From: Squalus acanthias
Lineage: Eukaryota
NCBI GenBank assembly: GCA_030390025.1
Contig: CM059432.1
Coordinates: 33,358,001 to 33,422,000, forward strand
Direction of reading: 5' to 3'
Length of the DNA stretch: 64,000 nt
Shown here in pieces: positions 13,415 to 25,420 of the stretch (position 1 is the first letter of the stretch; every line of letters begins with the position of its first letter). The notes under the pieces are model-generated. The model ran no database searches. It was not told where the DNA came from and saw only the letters and a program-made list of their open reading frames with translations. The translations under genes were made by a program, and so were the position numbers.

Positions 13415-13878
13415 AAAGAAAGGAAAGAAAGAAATTGCATTTATAAGCACCTTTCACAACTTCAGGATGTTCCAAAAGACATTGCAGTCAACAAAGTATT
13501 TTTGAAGTGTAGCCACTGTTGTAATGCAGGAAACTCAGCAGCCAAATTGCGCACAGCAAGGTCCCACAAACAGCACTGAGATAATGACCAGATAATCTGT
13601 TTTAGTGATGTTGGTTGAGGGATAAATATTGGCCAGAACACTGGGGAGAATTCCCCAGTGAAATAGTGCCATGGTATCTTTTAAGTCCACCTGAGAGGGC
13701 AGACGGGGCCTCGGTTTAACATCTCATCTGAAAGGCGGCACCTCCGACAGTGCAGCACTCCTTTAGTACTGCACTGGAGTATCAGCCTAGATTATGTGCT
13801 CAAATCGCTCAAGTGGGACTTAAACCCACAAGCTTCTGACTCAGACGAGAGTGCTACCACTGAGCCACAGCTGACACT
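13415..13878 (-). mobile_element. Full-length Deu-domain tRNA SINE (family A, SacSINE1-like)
   Basis: Minus-strand head gtgtcagctgtggctcagtggtagcactc (A box) and ggtttaagtccc (B box); L2-type 3' tail. Confidence 0.9.
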
Positions 13879-13881
13879 CTG

Positions 13882-14105
13882 TTCGCCTTCTACCATCCTG
13901 GTATTTACATGATACAATAATGGAGGTGTTGACTAATCATAGCAATCAATCTCTAACAATTAATCTACAACAGACCCAGACATGACGTGAGGAAAACCCC
14001 CAGTGGTGGAGAGTTTTAGGAACCATAGGTCCAAAGTTACCTGGTCCTTCTAAGCATGGTACACTTACCATATGTCATGTCTCAAATTACTCATATACTA
14101 TATCC
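13882..14105. repeat. Interspersed repeat shared with 62672-62921 (likely LINE 3' UTR)
   Basis: ttcgccttctaccatcctggta...gactaatcatagcaatcaatctc...agacccagacatga...gtcatgtctcaaattact in both. Confidence 0.75.
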
Positions 14106-14724
14106 CAAAATGGAAGGTGGCTGGTACTTGTGGAACAGTACTGCAATGTACCTGATGCCTTCAGGAGAGGAGCAGAGAAAATTGGAAAAGGAAATGGAGA
14201 TCACCAATACATCCCATAATAACTGCATCAGGGAACTCTGAGAAACTATGCAACTCTTGACTGACTACATAAACATCTGGGACTGAGGAATCACAGTGAC
14301 TTCCCAGCCACAGCTGCACTGTTTCCAGACAGACCCTTCATCATTAGGTAGCATAGTTGGAATTAAACACAGTATCGAGTTAACAGAAACATGAGAAACA
14401 ATGTTAATTGATGATAACATCATTGTTTTAAGGGTAGAAGGTATCAGACCACCCTGGTTACATGAACTTGATGATATCACACTGGAAGCCAACATCCTTG
14501 GGTTGACCGAAATCACATAATTATCCGCTCCCCCACTCACAACTCCCTTCCCCGCCACACAAACAGCCCTATGTTTCCAGCTACACCCATTGTATTTATG
14601 ACTCAACTCTTAACTGTAAAAATTCTCTGTTGAATTATGACATTCTTCCCAGATTGCGCAATTTATTGTGTTTTCAGACCACGTAACAGTCAGTTTTCTC
14701 ACATATCCTGTCTTTCATTCTAAT

Positions 14725-15160
14725 GTAATTATTTTTCCCCTTCAATTTTCTTCCCTCTTCTCCTGACGGTTCTAACTTGTGCTGGGAGAAGGCTCCACAG
14801 GAATATGTTTCCCCCATTACCTCACTCAAATGCATCAGCCTAGACATTGAACGGCAGGAGTCCATTCTATTGTTGGCGGGGTGGGGGGAGGGGGTGGGGT
14901 GAGGAGAGGAGGGTGGAATTTCAACCGAGCTTCATCCTCTCACCCAATGTGTAGGGGGCTACTCGATAGTAATCGGGAGAGGGAACCTAGCTAATTCCAC
15001 CCACGCACAATTCTGTACTTCAAGGGTGTGAGTGCGAATTGCCATGTTTCAACTCCCTTCTCAGCTGAGATCAGATAATTCAGTGCAGACCAGGTATTGA
15101 ATATGGCTCGGTATTGAACTGGGCAGTGCATTCACCAACGGAGCTGTCAGGGCCAGCTGG
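14725..15160 (-). mobile_element. SINE family C
   Basis: tcagctgagatcagataattcagtgcagaccagg and ttttcttccctcttctcctga blocks. Confidence 0.6.
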
Positions 15161-15527
15161 GATCCAACATTATGTCTAAATGCTATAAAGAGGGAATCTT
15201 GCATTTATTCACTGAGGGGAGGGCTAATCCTGTACAGCTATACTGCTTAACGTATCACGAGAGCAGAATGTCACGATAAGAAGAATCTGCAGAAAATGTT
15301 CTGCTCTCAGGGCTGCCTCTGATCAGCATCTTTAAAGCATTAAACAGAGGAAATGGAACGGGAGGAACAGGGCACTGCGAGGCACTAGTAAGGGCACAAT
15401 TATCTCTTTGTTAAATGTACAATCACGTCAAATCAGATGGACACCCACAATAAGAGAATCAGGTGTTGTAGATACTTCTCCAATCAAGAAAAAGAAAATG
15501 AAGTGCAGTGTAAAACGGACTGCTGAT

Positions 15528-18270
15528 TCATAGAATCATAGAAAGTTACAGGCACGGAAGGAGGCCATTTCAGCCCATCGTGTCCGCGCCGGTCAACAAA
15601 GAGCTATCCAGCATAATCCCACTTCCCAGCTCTTGGTCCGTAGCCCTGCAGGTTAGAGCACCGCAAGTGCAGATCCAAGTACTTTTTAAATGTGGTTAGG
15701 GTTCCTGCCTCTACCACCCTTTCAGGCAGTGAGTTCCAGACCCCCACAACCCTCTGGTTGAAGAAATTTCCCCTCAAATCCCCTCTAAACCTTCCACCAA
15801 TTACTTTAAATCTGTGCCCCCTGGTTTTTGACCCCTCTGCTAAGGGAAATAGGTCCTTTCTATCCACTTTATCTAGGCCCCTCATAATTTTATACACCTC
15901 AATAAGGTCTCCCCTCAGCCTCCTCTGTTCAAGGAAAACAGACCCAGCCTATCCAGTCTTTCCTCATAGCTAAGATTCTCTACAACATCCTTGTAAATCT
16001 CCTCTGTACCCTCTCTAGTGCAATCACATCTTTCCTGTAATGTGGTGACCAGAACTGCATGCAGTACTCTAGCTAAGGCCTAACTAGTGTTTTATACTAT
16101 TGAAGCATAACCCCCCTGCTCTTGTGTTCTATGCCACGGCTAATAAAGGCAAGCATTTCGTATGTCTTCTTAACCACCTTATCTACCTGGCCTGCTACCT
16201 TCAGGGATCTGTGGACGTGCACTCCAAGGTCCCTTTGTTCCTCTACACTACTCAGTGTCCTACCATTAAACGTGTATTTCCTTCCCTTGTTAGCCCTCCC
16301 CAAATACATTACCTCACACTTCTCCGGATTGAATTCCATTTGCCACTGTTCTGCCCACCTGACCAATTTATTGATATCTTCCTGCAGTCTACAGCTTCCT
16401 TCTTCAGTATCAACCACACAGCCGATTTTAGTATCATCTGCAAACTTCTTACTCATACCCCCTATATTCAAGTCTAGATCATTGATATATACCACAAAAA
16501 GCAAGGGACCTGGTACTGAGCCCTGCGGAACCCCACTGGAAAAGCCTTCCAGTCACAAAAACACCAATCAACCATTACCCTCTGCTTCCTGTCTCCGAGC
16601 CAGTTTTGAATCCAACTTGACACTTTGCCCTGGATCCCATGGGCTTTTAACTTCGTGACCAGTCTGCCAGGTGGAATCTTATCAAAAGCCTTGCTAAAGT
16701 CCATATACACTACATCAAACGCACTACCCTCATCTACCCTTCTTGTTACCTGCTCAAAAAATTCAATCAAGTTTGTCAGACACGACCTTCCCTTCACAAA
16801 TCCGTGCTGACTATCCTTGATTAATCCGTGTCTTTCTAAATGAATCCTGTCCTTCAGAATTCTTTCCAATAATTTTCCCACCACCGAGGTTAGGCTGACT
16901 GGCCCGTAATTACTCGGTCTATCCTTTTCTCCCTTTTTAAACAAGGGTACCACATTAGCAGTCCTTCAGTCCTCCGGCACCACACCTGAAGCCAGAGGAT
17001 TGAAAAATGATGGTCAGGACCTCTGCTATTTCCTCTTTTGCTTCGCTTAACAGCCTGGGATACATTTCATCCGGGCCTGGGGATTTATCCACTTTTAAAG
17101 CTGCTAAACCCCTTAATACTTCCTCTCTCACTATGTTTATTTCATCTAGTATTCACACTCCTCCCCTTGATAGCAATGTCTGCTTCGCTCCTCTCCTTTG
17201 TGAAAACAGATGCAAAGTATTCATTAAGAACCCTACCAACGTTTCCCGCCTCCACACACAGATTACCCTCATGATCTCTACCAGGCCCTACCCTTTCTTT
17301 AGTTATCCTCTTACTCTTAATATATTTATAAAACATCTTTGGGTTTTCCTTGCTTTTACTTGCCAAGAATCTTTGCTTTCCTAATATCCTTTTTAATTGC
17401 ACCCCTGCACTTTCTGTACTCCTCTAAAGATTCTGGAGTATTTAGCCCTCGGTATCTGTCATACGCCTCCCTTTTTTTCTTTATCCTTCCCTGTATGTCC
17501 CTAGACATCCAGGGGGCTCTAGATTTGTTAGTCCCACCTTTTTTCTTTAAGGGCACATATTTAGTCTGAACCCTCCGGATCTCCACCTTGAATGCCTCCC
17601 ACTGCTCTGACACTGATTTACCTTCAATTAGCTGTTTCCAGTCCACTATGGCTAAATCCCCTCTGAGCCTAGCAAAATTTGCTTTTCCCCAATTTAGAAT
17701 TTTTATTCCTGGTCTATCCTTGACCTTTTCCATAACTACCTTAAATCTAACAGAATTATGGTCACTAGCTCCCCCACTGATACGCCTTCTACCTGCCCAG
17801 CTTCATTCCCTAAAACTAAGTCCAGAACCGCCCCCTCCCTTGTTGGGCTTGCTACATACTGGCTAAAAAAGTTCTCCTGGATGCATTTTAGGAATTCTGC
17901 ACCCTCTATACCCTTCACACTAATTTTATCCCAGTTAATATTGGGGTAGTTGAAATCCCCTACTATTACTGCCCTATAGTTTTTGCACTTCTCAGAAATT
18001 TGTCTACATATTTGTTCTTCTATCTCCCCCTCACTGTTTGGGGGTCTGTAGTACACTCCCAGCAGTGTGATCGCCCCTTTTTTGTTTTTCAGTTCGACCC
18101 ATATGGCCTCGTTTGATGATCCCTCCAACATATCATCCCTCCTCACAGCTGTAATAGTTTCTTTAATCAATACTGCGACCTCCCTCTCTATCCCATCTGA
18201 AAATCCTGTAACCAGGAATGTTGAGCTGCCATACCTGCCCCTCTTTCAGCCACGTCTCTGTAATAGCTAA
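15528..18270 (-). mobile_element. CR1 LINE ORF2 (APE endonuclease + RT), 5'-truncated, frameshifted
   Basis: GVYYRPPNS, VGDFNYP, LDLVLGN (EN); YGPVSLTS, QHGFVKGRSCLTNL, YMDFSKAFD, KFADDTK (RT); (gattctat)-type tail. Confidence 0.95.
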
Positions 18271-18361
18271 TTCACTCTGAGGCCATTTCGCGCTACTGGC
18301 ATAGATAGACCCATTTTACCCCCCTGTCTCCCACCATTTGCTTGTAAGGCCCCATAAATTT

Positions 18362-18590
18362 AGAAAGAAAGGCTTGCATTTCTATTGCACCTTTCACAAC
18401 CTCAGGACATCCCAAAGCACTTTACAGCCAATTAAGTACTTTTGAAGTGTAGTCACTGTTGTAATGTAAGGAGACGTGGCAGCCAATTCATGCACAGCAA
18501 GGCCTCACAGACAGCAATGCGATAATGACCAGATAATCTAGTTTTTTTTTTAGTGATTTTGCTTTAGGGATAAATGTTGGCCAGGACAAT
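18362..18590 (-). mobile_element. SINE family A 3' fragment
   Basis: Deu-SINE block and L2-type tail. Confidence 0.85.
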
Positions 18591-18707
18591 TTAGTAAGAA
18601 TTTTGAAACCACTTTTACAGCAATGTGCAACTGTTTATTATTTTTGCTAACAAATGTTCAATAATATGAATCATAGAGTATTAAAATGAGGGACTTAGTT
18701 TGCTCTA

Positions 18708-19607
18708 TGAATGGCCAGTTAATCTACTTTTGTTGGTGTTGGTTGAGGGATGAATGTTGCCCAGGATATTGGGAAAACTCCACTGCTTTTCTTCGAAGAA
18801 GTGCCATGGGGATCTTTCACATTCACTTGAACAGACAGTAAGGGCTGGATTTTCATTGACCCGTGGAGGCGGGTTTGGAGGCGTGTGGGGGGTTAAAATT
18901 GCGAAAACTGGCGGGCGGGCACAAGTCTGCCTCGATCCCGCCTTCACGCAATTTTCATTAAATCGTGTCTGCTGGTCCCGACTCCATCCTGCCTCTAAGA
19001 GGCGGGATAGGCTGTTAAGGCCCTTAACAAGCACTAAATTGCCTCTATAATGCCATTTTGAAAGGCCTTTGTGATTTTAACCCTTGTTCTGCGTGAAGCA
19101 CGCCTGTTCTGAACCACGATTGTGAAACCTGGCGGGGAGCACATTTGGCTGGCTATGCATATATGGATGGCTATGTGGATGGATGGATAGAGAGGAGACA
19201 TATCTGGGAGTAGTGGTGTAAAAATATCTGGGAGCAGACTTAGGGCTGCTGCTGCTCATTTTGCAGGTCCTCTCACAGCAAAGGCCAGGCAGTCTTTGAA
19301 GACCTTCAATGCAGCAGCAATGATGACATCATCAAAGGCGACTTTCAGACTGAAAACACTAATTGGTTCATGGGTTCCCACATGCTGGAACTCAATTGCC
19401 CAATTAGGTGAAAATTGCATCAATCTCCCACATCCAATTGCAGTCGGGTGGATAACACGAAAAGTGGATGACACGACCCCAACCCACCCCAGTATCAAAA
19501 TCCAGCCCAAAGGGTCTTGGTTTAACTCTCATTTGACAGCACTTCCAACAATGTTGGCACTGAATACTGCACTGATGTGTCAAGTTGGAACACATGCTCA
19601 AATCTCT
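18708..19607 (-). mobile_element. SINE family A split by a MITE (pieces 18708-18841 and 19509-19607)
   Basis: SINE sequence resumes in register after the insertion (...gaacagacag | gggtcttggtttaactctcat...). Confidence 0.7.
18842..19508. mobile_element. Harbinger-like non-autonomous DNA transposon
   Basis: 12-bp TIR gggctggatttt / aaaatccagccc; flanks TAA / AAA (3-bp TSD, one mismatch). Confidence 0.8.
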
Positions 19608-19674
19608 CTATCTCCCTCTCTCTTTTTCCCTCCCATAACACTCTGAGGAATCACTGGATAGTAATCAGGAGCAG

Positions 19675-19768
19675 GAAGGTCATCGACCTGAAACATTAAC
19701 TCTGTTTCTCTCTTCACAGATGCTGCCTGACCTGCTGAGTATCTCCAGTATTTTCTATTTTTATTGCA
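19675..19768 (+). mobile_element. 5'-truncated PLE hammerhead element inserted in a family C SINE
   Basis: aggtcatcgacctgaaacattaactctg...; flanked by a gcaggaa duplication. Confidence 0.75.
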
Positions 19769-20112
19769 GGAACCCTAGCTGTGTTTAATGTTCCCCATTG
19801 CCTAGGAGTGCTGTGGCCAATTGTGGTAGCCCAGTATCTGTGGGCCACCACTGAATTAATGGTTTTGCGCAGTAGTTTTGTACTTTGCACATTTTAAAGT
19901 GACACATTTTTGCTTTAAATCTCCTATGAAACAACTGTATTAACTGACAGAACAACAGGAGATAAAGTGAACATCTAGTTTATGCACAGAAGTGATTTGT
20001 CGGATTAACTGACCGACTTTTAGTTTACCCTATCATAAAACCAATAGTGGCCCACACCCGCAACCCGGCTCCCACGGATCATCAAACTCAGTCTCACTCA
20101 CCCTGTTGGAAA

Positions 20113-20437
20113 GAACATAAGAACATAAGCAACAGGAGCAGGAGTAGACCATTTGGCCCCTCGAGCCTGCTCCGCCATTCAATAAGATCATGGCTGATTT
20201 TCTACCTCAACTCCACTTTCCTGCACTATCCCCATATCCCTTGATTCCCTTAATATTCAAAAATCTATCGATCTCTGTCTTGAATATACTCAACGACTGA
20301 ACCTCCACAGCCCTCAGGGGTAGAGAATTCCAAAGATTCACCACCCTGAGTGAAGAAATTTCTCCTCATCTCAGTCCTAAGTGGCCGACCCCTTATTCTG
20401 AGACTGTGCCCCCTGGTTCTAGACTCCCCAGCCAGGA
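20113..20437 (-). mobile_element. CR1 3' fragment
   Basis: gaacataagaacataag tail; matches the RT C-terminus of the other CR1 copies. Confidence 0.85.
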
Positions 20438-20634
20438 AAGTTTTTTGGGGTATATCAGTTCAAACCAGTTTAGCAGTTGACCCGATGTTCCTAATCAAAC
20501 CAGTTATGGTAGGAATACAATATTATTCCCAACTAGTGTGAAAATGCCCCAGGTTTGGAGAGGTTACAGAGGAGGGTAATTAAACCGATATCAGGGATTA
20601 GGCACCTGAGCTACAGGGAGAGACTAAAGAAACT

Positions 20635-20925
20635 GACGACCACCGGACGTCCCAAAGCGCTTTACAGCCAATGAAGTACTTTTTGAAGTGCAGTCACTGT
20701 TGTAATGTAGGAAATGCGGCAGCCAATTTGCGCACAACAAGCTCCCACAAACAGCAATGTGATAATGACCAGATAATCTGTTTTAGTGATGTTGATGGAG
20801 GGATAAATATTGGCCAGGACACCGGGCATAACTCCCCTGCTCTTCTTCGAAATAGCGGCATGGGAACGTTTATGTCCACCTGGGAGAGCAGACGGGGCCT
20901 CGGTTTAACGTCTCATCCGAAAGAC
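20635..20925 (-). mobile_element. SINE family A, 5'-truncated
   Basis: Deu-SINE block. Confidence 0.85.
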
Positions 20926-21469
20926 TGGTTGAAATTTTGTGTCTAAACTAATGAACTGCAATGGCGTTTTCCAATCCTGTAAATTTCTACTTCTAATATA
21001 TAAAGGAATGGGGCCAGGTGAAAAGAGTGAACATAGTACAAGGGGTTATCTTTTAATAATAAGTGGGAGGACAGCCTGTTTTAAATTCAAAATGATTCCT
21101 TCCCTCAATAATATAATCTTTGATTAAATTTCAGTTGGTGGGAGAACATTCTTAAGGGGGAGGTCCATGCACGGACTATGCAAGGAGCGAGCTTGAAGGG
21201 CCAAATGGCCTTTTCTCGTTCCAAGATTTCTTATGTTATTATGCCTAGACGTGTCCTCTGCTCTACTTATACAGGGTTTCTCCTGTTTCTCACTCCCTGT
21301 ACTTCACCATCAGTGGCTGCTTGTTCAGCTACTGCAAACCGGTCCTCTGAACTCATTGGCCTAGATACCTCTGCCTTGCCATCTCCCCACTTTAAAAAAA
21401 CCACTTCAAAGCCATATAGAAAAAGTGGCCCATCAAGTCTGTTCTGGTGCCTTTCTCCACTTGAGCCAT

Positions 21470-21665
21470 CTAGTCTAATCCCACTCTCCTGCTCACTCCG
21501 CATACCCTTTAAAATCCCACCTAGTCTAATCCCACTCTCCTGCTCACTCCGCATACCCTTTAAAATCCCACCTAGTCTAATCCTGCTCACTCCCCATACC
21601 CCTTAATATACCACCCAATCTAATCTCACACTCCTGGTCACTCTAAATAACCTTTAATATCCCAC
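21470..21665. repeat. 51-bp tandem repeat (2 near-perfect copies plus degenerate ones)
   Basis: ctagtctaatcccactctcctgctcactccgcataccctttaaaatcccac repeated. Confidence 0.9.
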
Positions 21666-22589
21666 TTACTAATATTAGTAATTCCATTTCCCTGCCCTTT
21701 CTCTGTATCCTTTTGTATTCTCCCTTTTCAAATACTTATCTAATTCCCTTTTAAATTATGTTATAGGCAGGGAACCCTTGGACGGAAAAAAATCTTAGTT
21801 GTCTCTGTGCGAAGTGGAAACAGTGAGATGAAAGCCCTCTAGAGGTCAGATATCTCAACACTTCAACATGTAAAGATAAGTTTCTCCCCAGTGGGTCAGC
21901 GTCCAAAAGGTCAGTCCTTAAGGCTGTGAAACAGGAAACCTTGAAATCTGCCTGAACATCATTTCCTGGTGATACTTGCTATGATTCCACATGCTTTTCA
22001 ATTTTTCCAGATTAAATCTTTGATCCTGAGAACATGGGAGGTACGCAGCCTGTGCCAAACCAAACTCAACCCTTGGGCTTAGCTTCCTATCCTCCACTCC
22101 TGGTGTTTCCCACCTTACAAAACGACGAGTCTGGGAAAGAAAACGCCCAGTCAGTTTGGAAGCGACGAGCTTATAGAAGCTTGTTTTATTTAGTTCCTCT
22201 GATCTCAGTCGTGGTCTGAAATTGCTTTTCCTTTTTATAGCATATGGATCGAGGGTTAACTGGGGTGAGGAATGCTACACTGTGTCACTTCACCACTGGT
22301 GTTATTTTCTCATTTTTGCTTCTCACACAGATGTGTTTTGAAGATTGATTATGCTCGGAAAGGAGAGTTTTCTCTTTCCTCTTGTAGATCCCCATTAATA
22401 GCAGCCATTCGGTACCTCACATATTCACCTAACAGGGGACCCATGTGTACGAAAACCTTTCCTACTGATCAGCTTAAAAGAAAAAATCTTAGACCTATTT
22501 GTCAGGCATTGCAGCTTCCTATGGAGCAGGAAATTAGTATTTTATATGTGCTGACTGGTTTGACAGACTATTTCACACACACAGAAAAC

Positions 22590-23400
22590 TGGGAGCCAGT
22601 GTGAGGAGAGAAGACTGCTGGGAAAGGAGATCAGGAGACTGAGAGAAGCCTGGAGAGGGGAGAGGAGACTGGGGGGACTGACAGAGGAGACTGGAAACTA
22701 GACAGAGGAGAGAATACTGAGAGGGGAAAAGAGACCAGGAGATTAAGAGGAGCCTGGAAGATGGGAGAGGAGTCTGGGGGGACTGAAAGGAGAAACTGAG
22801 GAAAAGAGACCAGGAAACTAAGAATCTGAGAGAGGAGACTCTGAACCAGAAAGAGGAGTGAAAAGTGAGAGCAGAAAGGAGGCCATGAGTCTGAGGGCTT
22901 GAGACAGAGGAGTGGTGCCTGAGAGAGTAGAATGGGAGCTTGAGAGAGGGAAGAAAAGACTGGGAGCCTGAGAGAGGAAACTGAAAGAGGAGCCTGAGAG
23001 AGGGGAGATGCAATTGGGATCATGAGAGGGAAGTAGTGCCTGGGAATCAGAGAGGAGACAGGACTGAATGAAAAGACAAGAGTGAGCGAAAAGGAGACCA
23101 AGAAACTGACAGGCTGAAAGAAGGGACTGGCGAATAGGGGAGCATGGGAGTCTGAAAGAGGGGAAAGGTGATTAGGAGCCTGAGAGAGGGGAGAGCAGAC
23201 TGGGAGTCTGATATTGGAGAGAGGAGACTTGAAAGAGGGAAGTGGAGCCAGGAGCCTGAGAAAAAGGAAAGCAGACGGAGAGCATGAAAGAGGGTTGTGA
23301 GTGACAACCATAAGCCGGAGAGACTGGGAGCTCAAGAAAGAGGAGATTGGAAGTCTGAAAGAAGTGAATGGAGCCTGGGAACCAAAGAGTGAGGAGAGGA
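22590..23400. repeat. GA-rich degenerate minisatellite
   Basis: Recurring gagagaggagactgggagcct-like units. Confidence 0.8.
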
Positions 23401-23407
23401 TCCTGAA

Positions 23408-24478
23408 CTCCAATTTTAACTCAGGGTGCAGGTGGGGACAGATGTGTGTGACAAACTGTCCGGACCGTGGCAGCGTGCAGCCCGGGAGATTTTAACTCCC
23501 GGGCCTCATCTGCATAGGCCCCAGCAATCTCTTGCCCGAATCAGGCCACCTCCAAGAAGTGGAAGGAATGGGCCCCAGCACTCGGGTAAGTGGTTGGGAG
23601 GGGTTTCAGGAGGGCCTTGCAGTTTGGGAAGGAGGAGGAAGCCCGGGGCTGAGGAGGACTAAACTTTCCTTGTGGGACCCGGAGGGGCGCTCCTGTTCCT
23701 CCAGGCCCCACAAGGAAAGAAAAAAGAGAAATCGACTTAGCTTTTTAAGCCACTTTGGGCCTCAGCTCCTAGTCTTGCTATGTTGGCCTGTTGGGAATCT
23801 ACAACGGTTACCCTGTGCAGGCGTCCAGTTAAAATTGCAGTCGGGCCCTGATGATGCCATCGGAGCCCGATTTGCGTATTTAAAGAAGGACCCCACTGGC
23901 TTCTGCCGGCTGTCTCTCTCGCCTGCTCAGAAAAGTTAGAAGCGCTAACCCAAAGCATGCTCAAAAAAACATAGGGTTTATGGGGAAGTTTAAAGGTGGT
24001 AGTGGAGAGAAGTGCAAGGTGAGGGGGTTTAGGGAGAGAGTAGATGACTGAAGCTCTGCCACCAAGTGGGAATGTTGGTCATGATGCACAACAGCCCAGA
24101 GTCAGAAGACCACTGGGTACTGCTGGTACGTTGTAGGTGGTGAAGTTCTAGACAAGTTGGAGATTGAGAGACCGGTGTCCAAGAAATGACGAGGTAATGA
24201 AAGCATGGACAAAGTTTTCAGCAGTGGAGGGGATGAGATAGGGGTGAAGCAGGGCAGTGTTGCAGAGGTATGCTATCTTAAATTGCAGTTGGGGCCCGAT
24301 GACGTCATCGGACCCCGATCTGTATGTTTAAAGAAGGAGTCTGTCCTTGATGCCTGCTCAGAAGAGGAGGTTAAAATAGAAGACAGCTGGAATGGAGCAG
24401 GAAGCCATTGGGTAAGTCTCAGCCAAATTTGAACCACCCGCCCAGTTTCCGCCAGGTGGGTAGGGTAAAAATTGCCTC
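23408..24478. mobile_element. Fragments of GC-rich non-autonomous DNA elements (23408-23935, 24275-24478) interleaved with a decayed L2 piece
   Basis: Repeated ttaaaattgcagt-gggccc-gatga-g-catcgga block at about 23828 and 24278; aattttaac / aaaattgcc ends like other MITEs here. Confidence 0.5.
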
Positions 24479-24604
24479 TAGAATGTTAAAGGCTGTGAGG
24501 CTTATAGAGTTCCTTTCATAGACCATGTGTAATCTAGCCTATCGTGGACTCTATTCCACGCATTTAATCTCATGAGGGAAAGTTCTATGTAAAGCCCCCC
24601 CTGG

Positions 24605-25010
24605 AGCCTCAGTCTTGCTCAATTAGTAGCACTCTCCCTTCTGGGTCACAGATTTGTGTGTTCGAATCCCATACCATGACGTGAGCACATAATCCAGGGC
24701 TAACTCTCCACTAGTGAGGGAGTGCGGCCTCGTCAGAGGTGCCATCTTTTGGAGGAGACAGTAACTTGAGGCCTTGTCTGTTTTTTTAGATGGACATTAA
24801 AGATCACATGGCACTATTTTAAGAAGAGCAGGGAGTTCTTCTGGTGTTCTGAACTACCATTACTTTCTCTACCAACACCACCAAAAAATAAATCCACTGG
24901 TCATTTATCTCATTGCTGTTTGTGGGATGTTGCTGTCACTACAAAATAAATTAATAGTATGCAGTGACTGATACTTGTTGATGATTTGATAAAAGCCCAT
25001 ATAAATACAA
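24605..25010 (+). mobile_element. SINE family A, degenerate full length
   Basis: tRNA head gctcaattagtagc...gttcgaatccc; body aagaagagcagggagttc. Confidence 0.75.
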
Positions 25011-25235
25011 GAATTATTTTTTCTGAACCCTAAAGGTGATTAAACAAAACTCTAAAGGATTCATCATTCTCACATCTCCATTACTTAACCTTGGCCTTCG
25101 TAGAAGACCCTCTCCCCACAGATATTTTCAATTGACCTAGCTTTTTTGGGGGAGAGAGTTCCAGATTTCCACTACCCTTCGTGTGAAGAAGTGCTTCCTG
25201 ACCTCACCCCTGAACGGCCTAGTGCTAATATTAAG

Positions 25236-25420
25236 ATAAAAACAGAAAATGCTGGAAATACTCAGCAGGTCAGGCAGCATCTGTGGAGTTCTGACGAAAG
25301 GTCATCGACCTGAAACGTTAACTCTGTTTCTCTCTCCACAGATGTTGCCTGACCTGCTAAGTATTTCCAGCATTTTCTGTTTTTATTTCAGATTTCCAGC
25401 ATCCACAGTATTTTGCTTTT
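25236..25420 (+). mobile_element. PLE-derived hairpin element: intact hammerhead inside a 53-bp inverted repeat
   Basis: 25236-25288 is the reverse complement of 25334-25386 (2 differences); flanked by an approximate ctaata..aagat duplication of the host CR1. Confidence 0.85.
25286..25324 (+). ncRNA. Minimal type I hammerhead ribozyme motif (best-preserved copy)
   Basis: gagtt-CTGACGA-a-aggtc-atc-gacct-GAAAC-GTT-aactc; perfect 5-bp stems I and II. Confidence 0.85.

Noticed and set aside
22573..23413. 260-aa and 146-aa minus-strand ORFs
   Set aside because: S/L/P/F-rich translations of a GA-rich minisatellite; no domain signal
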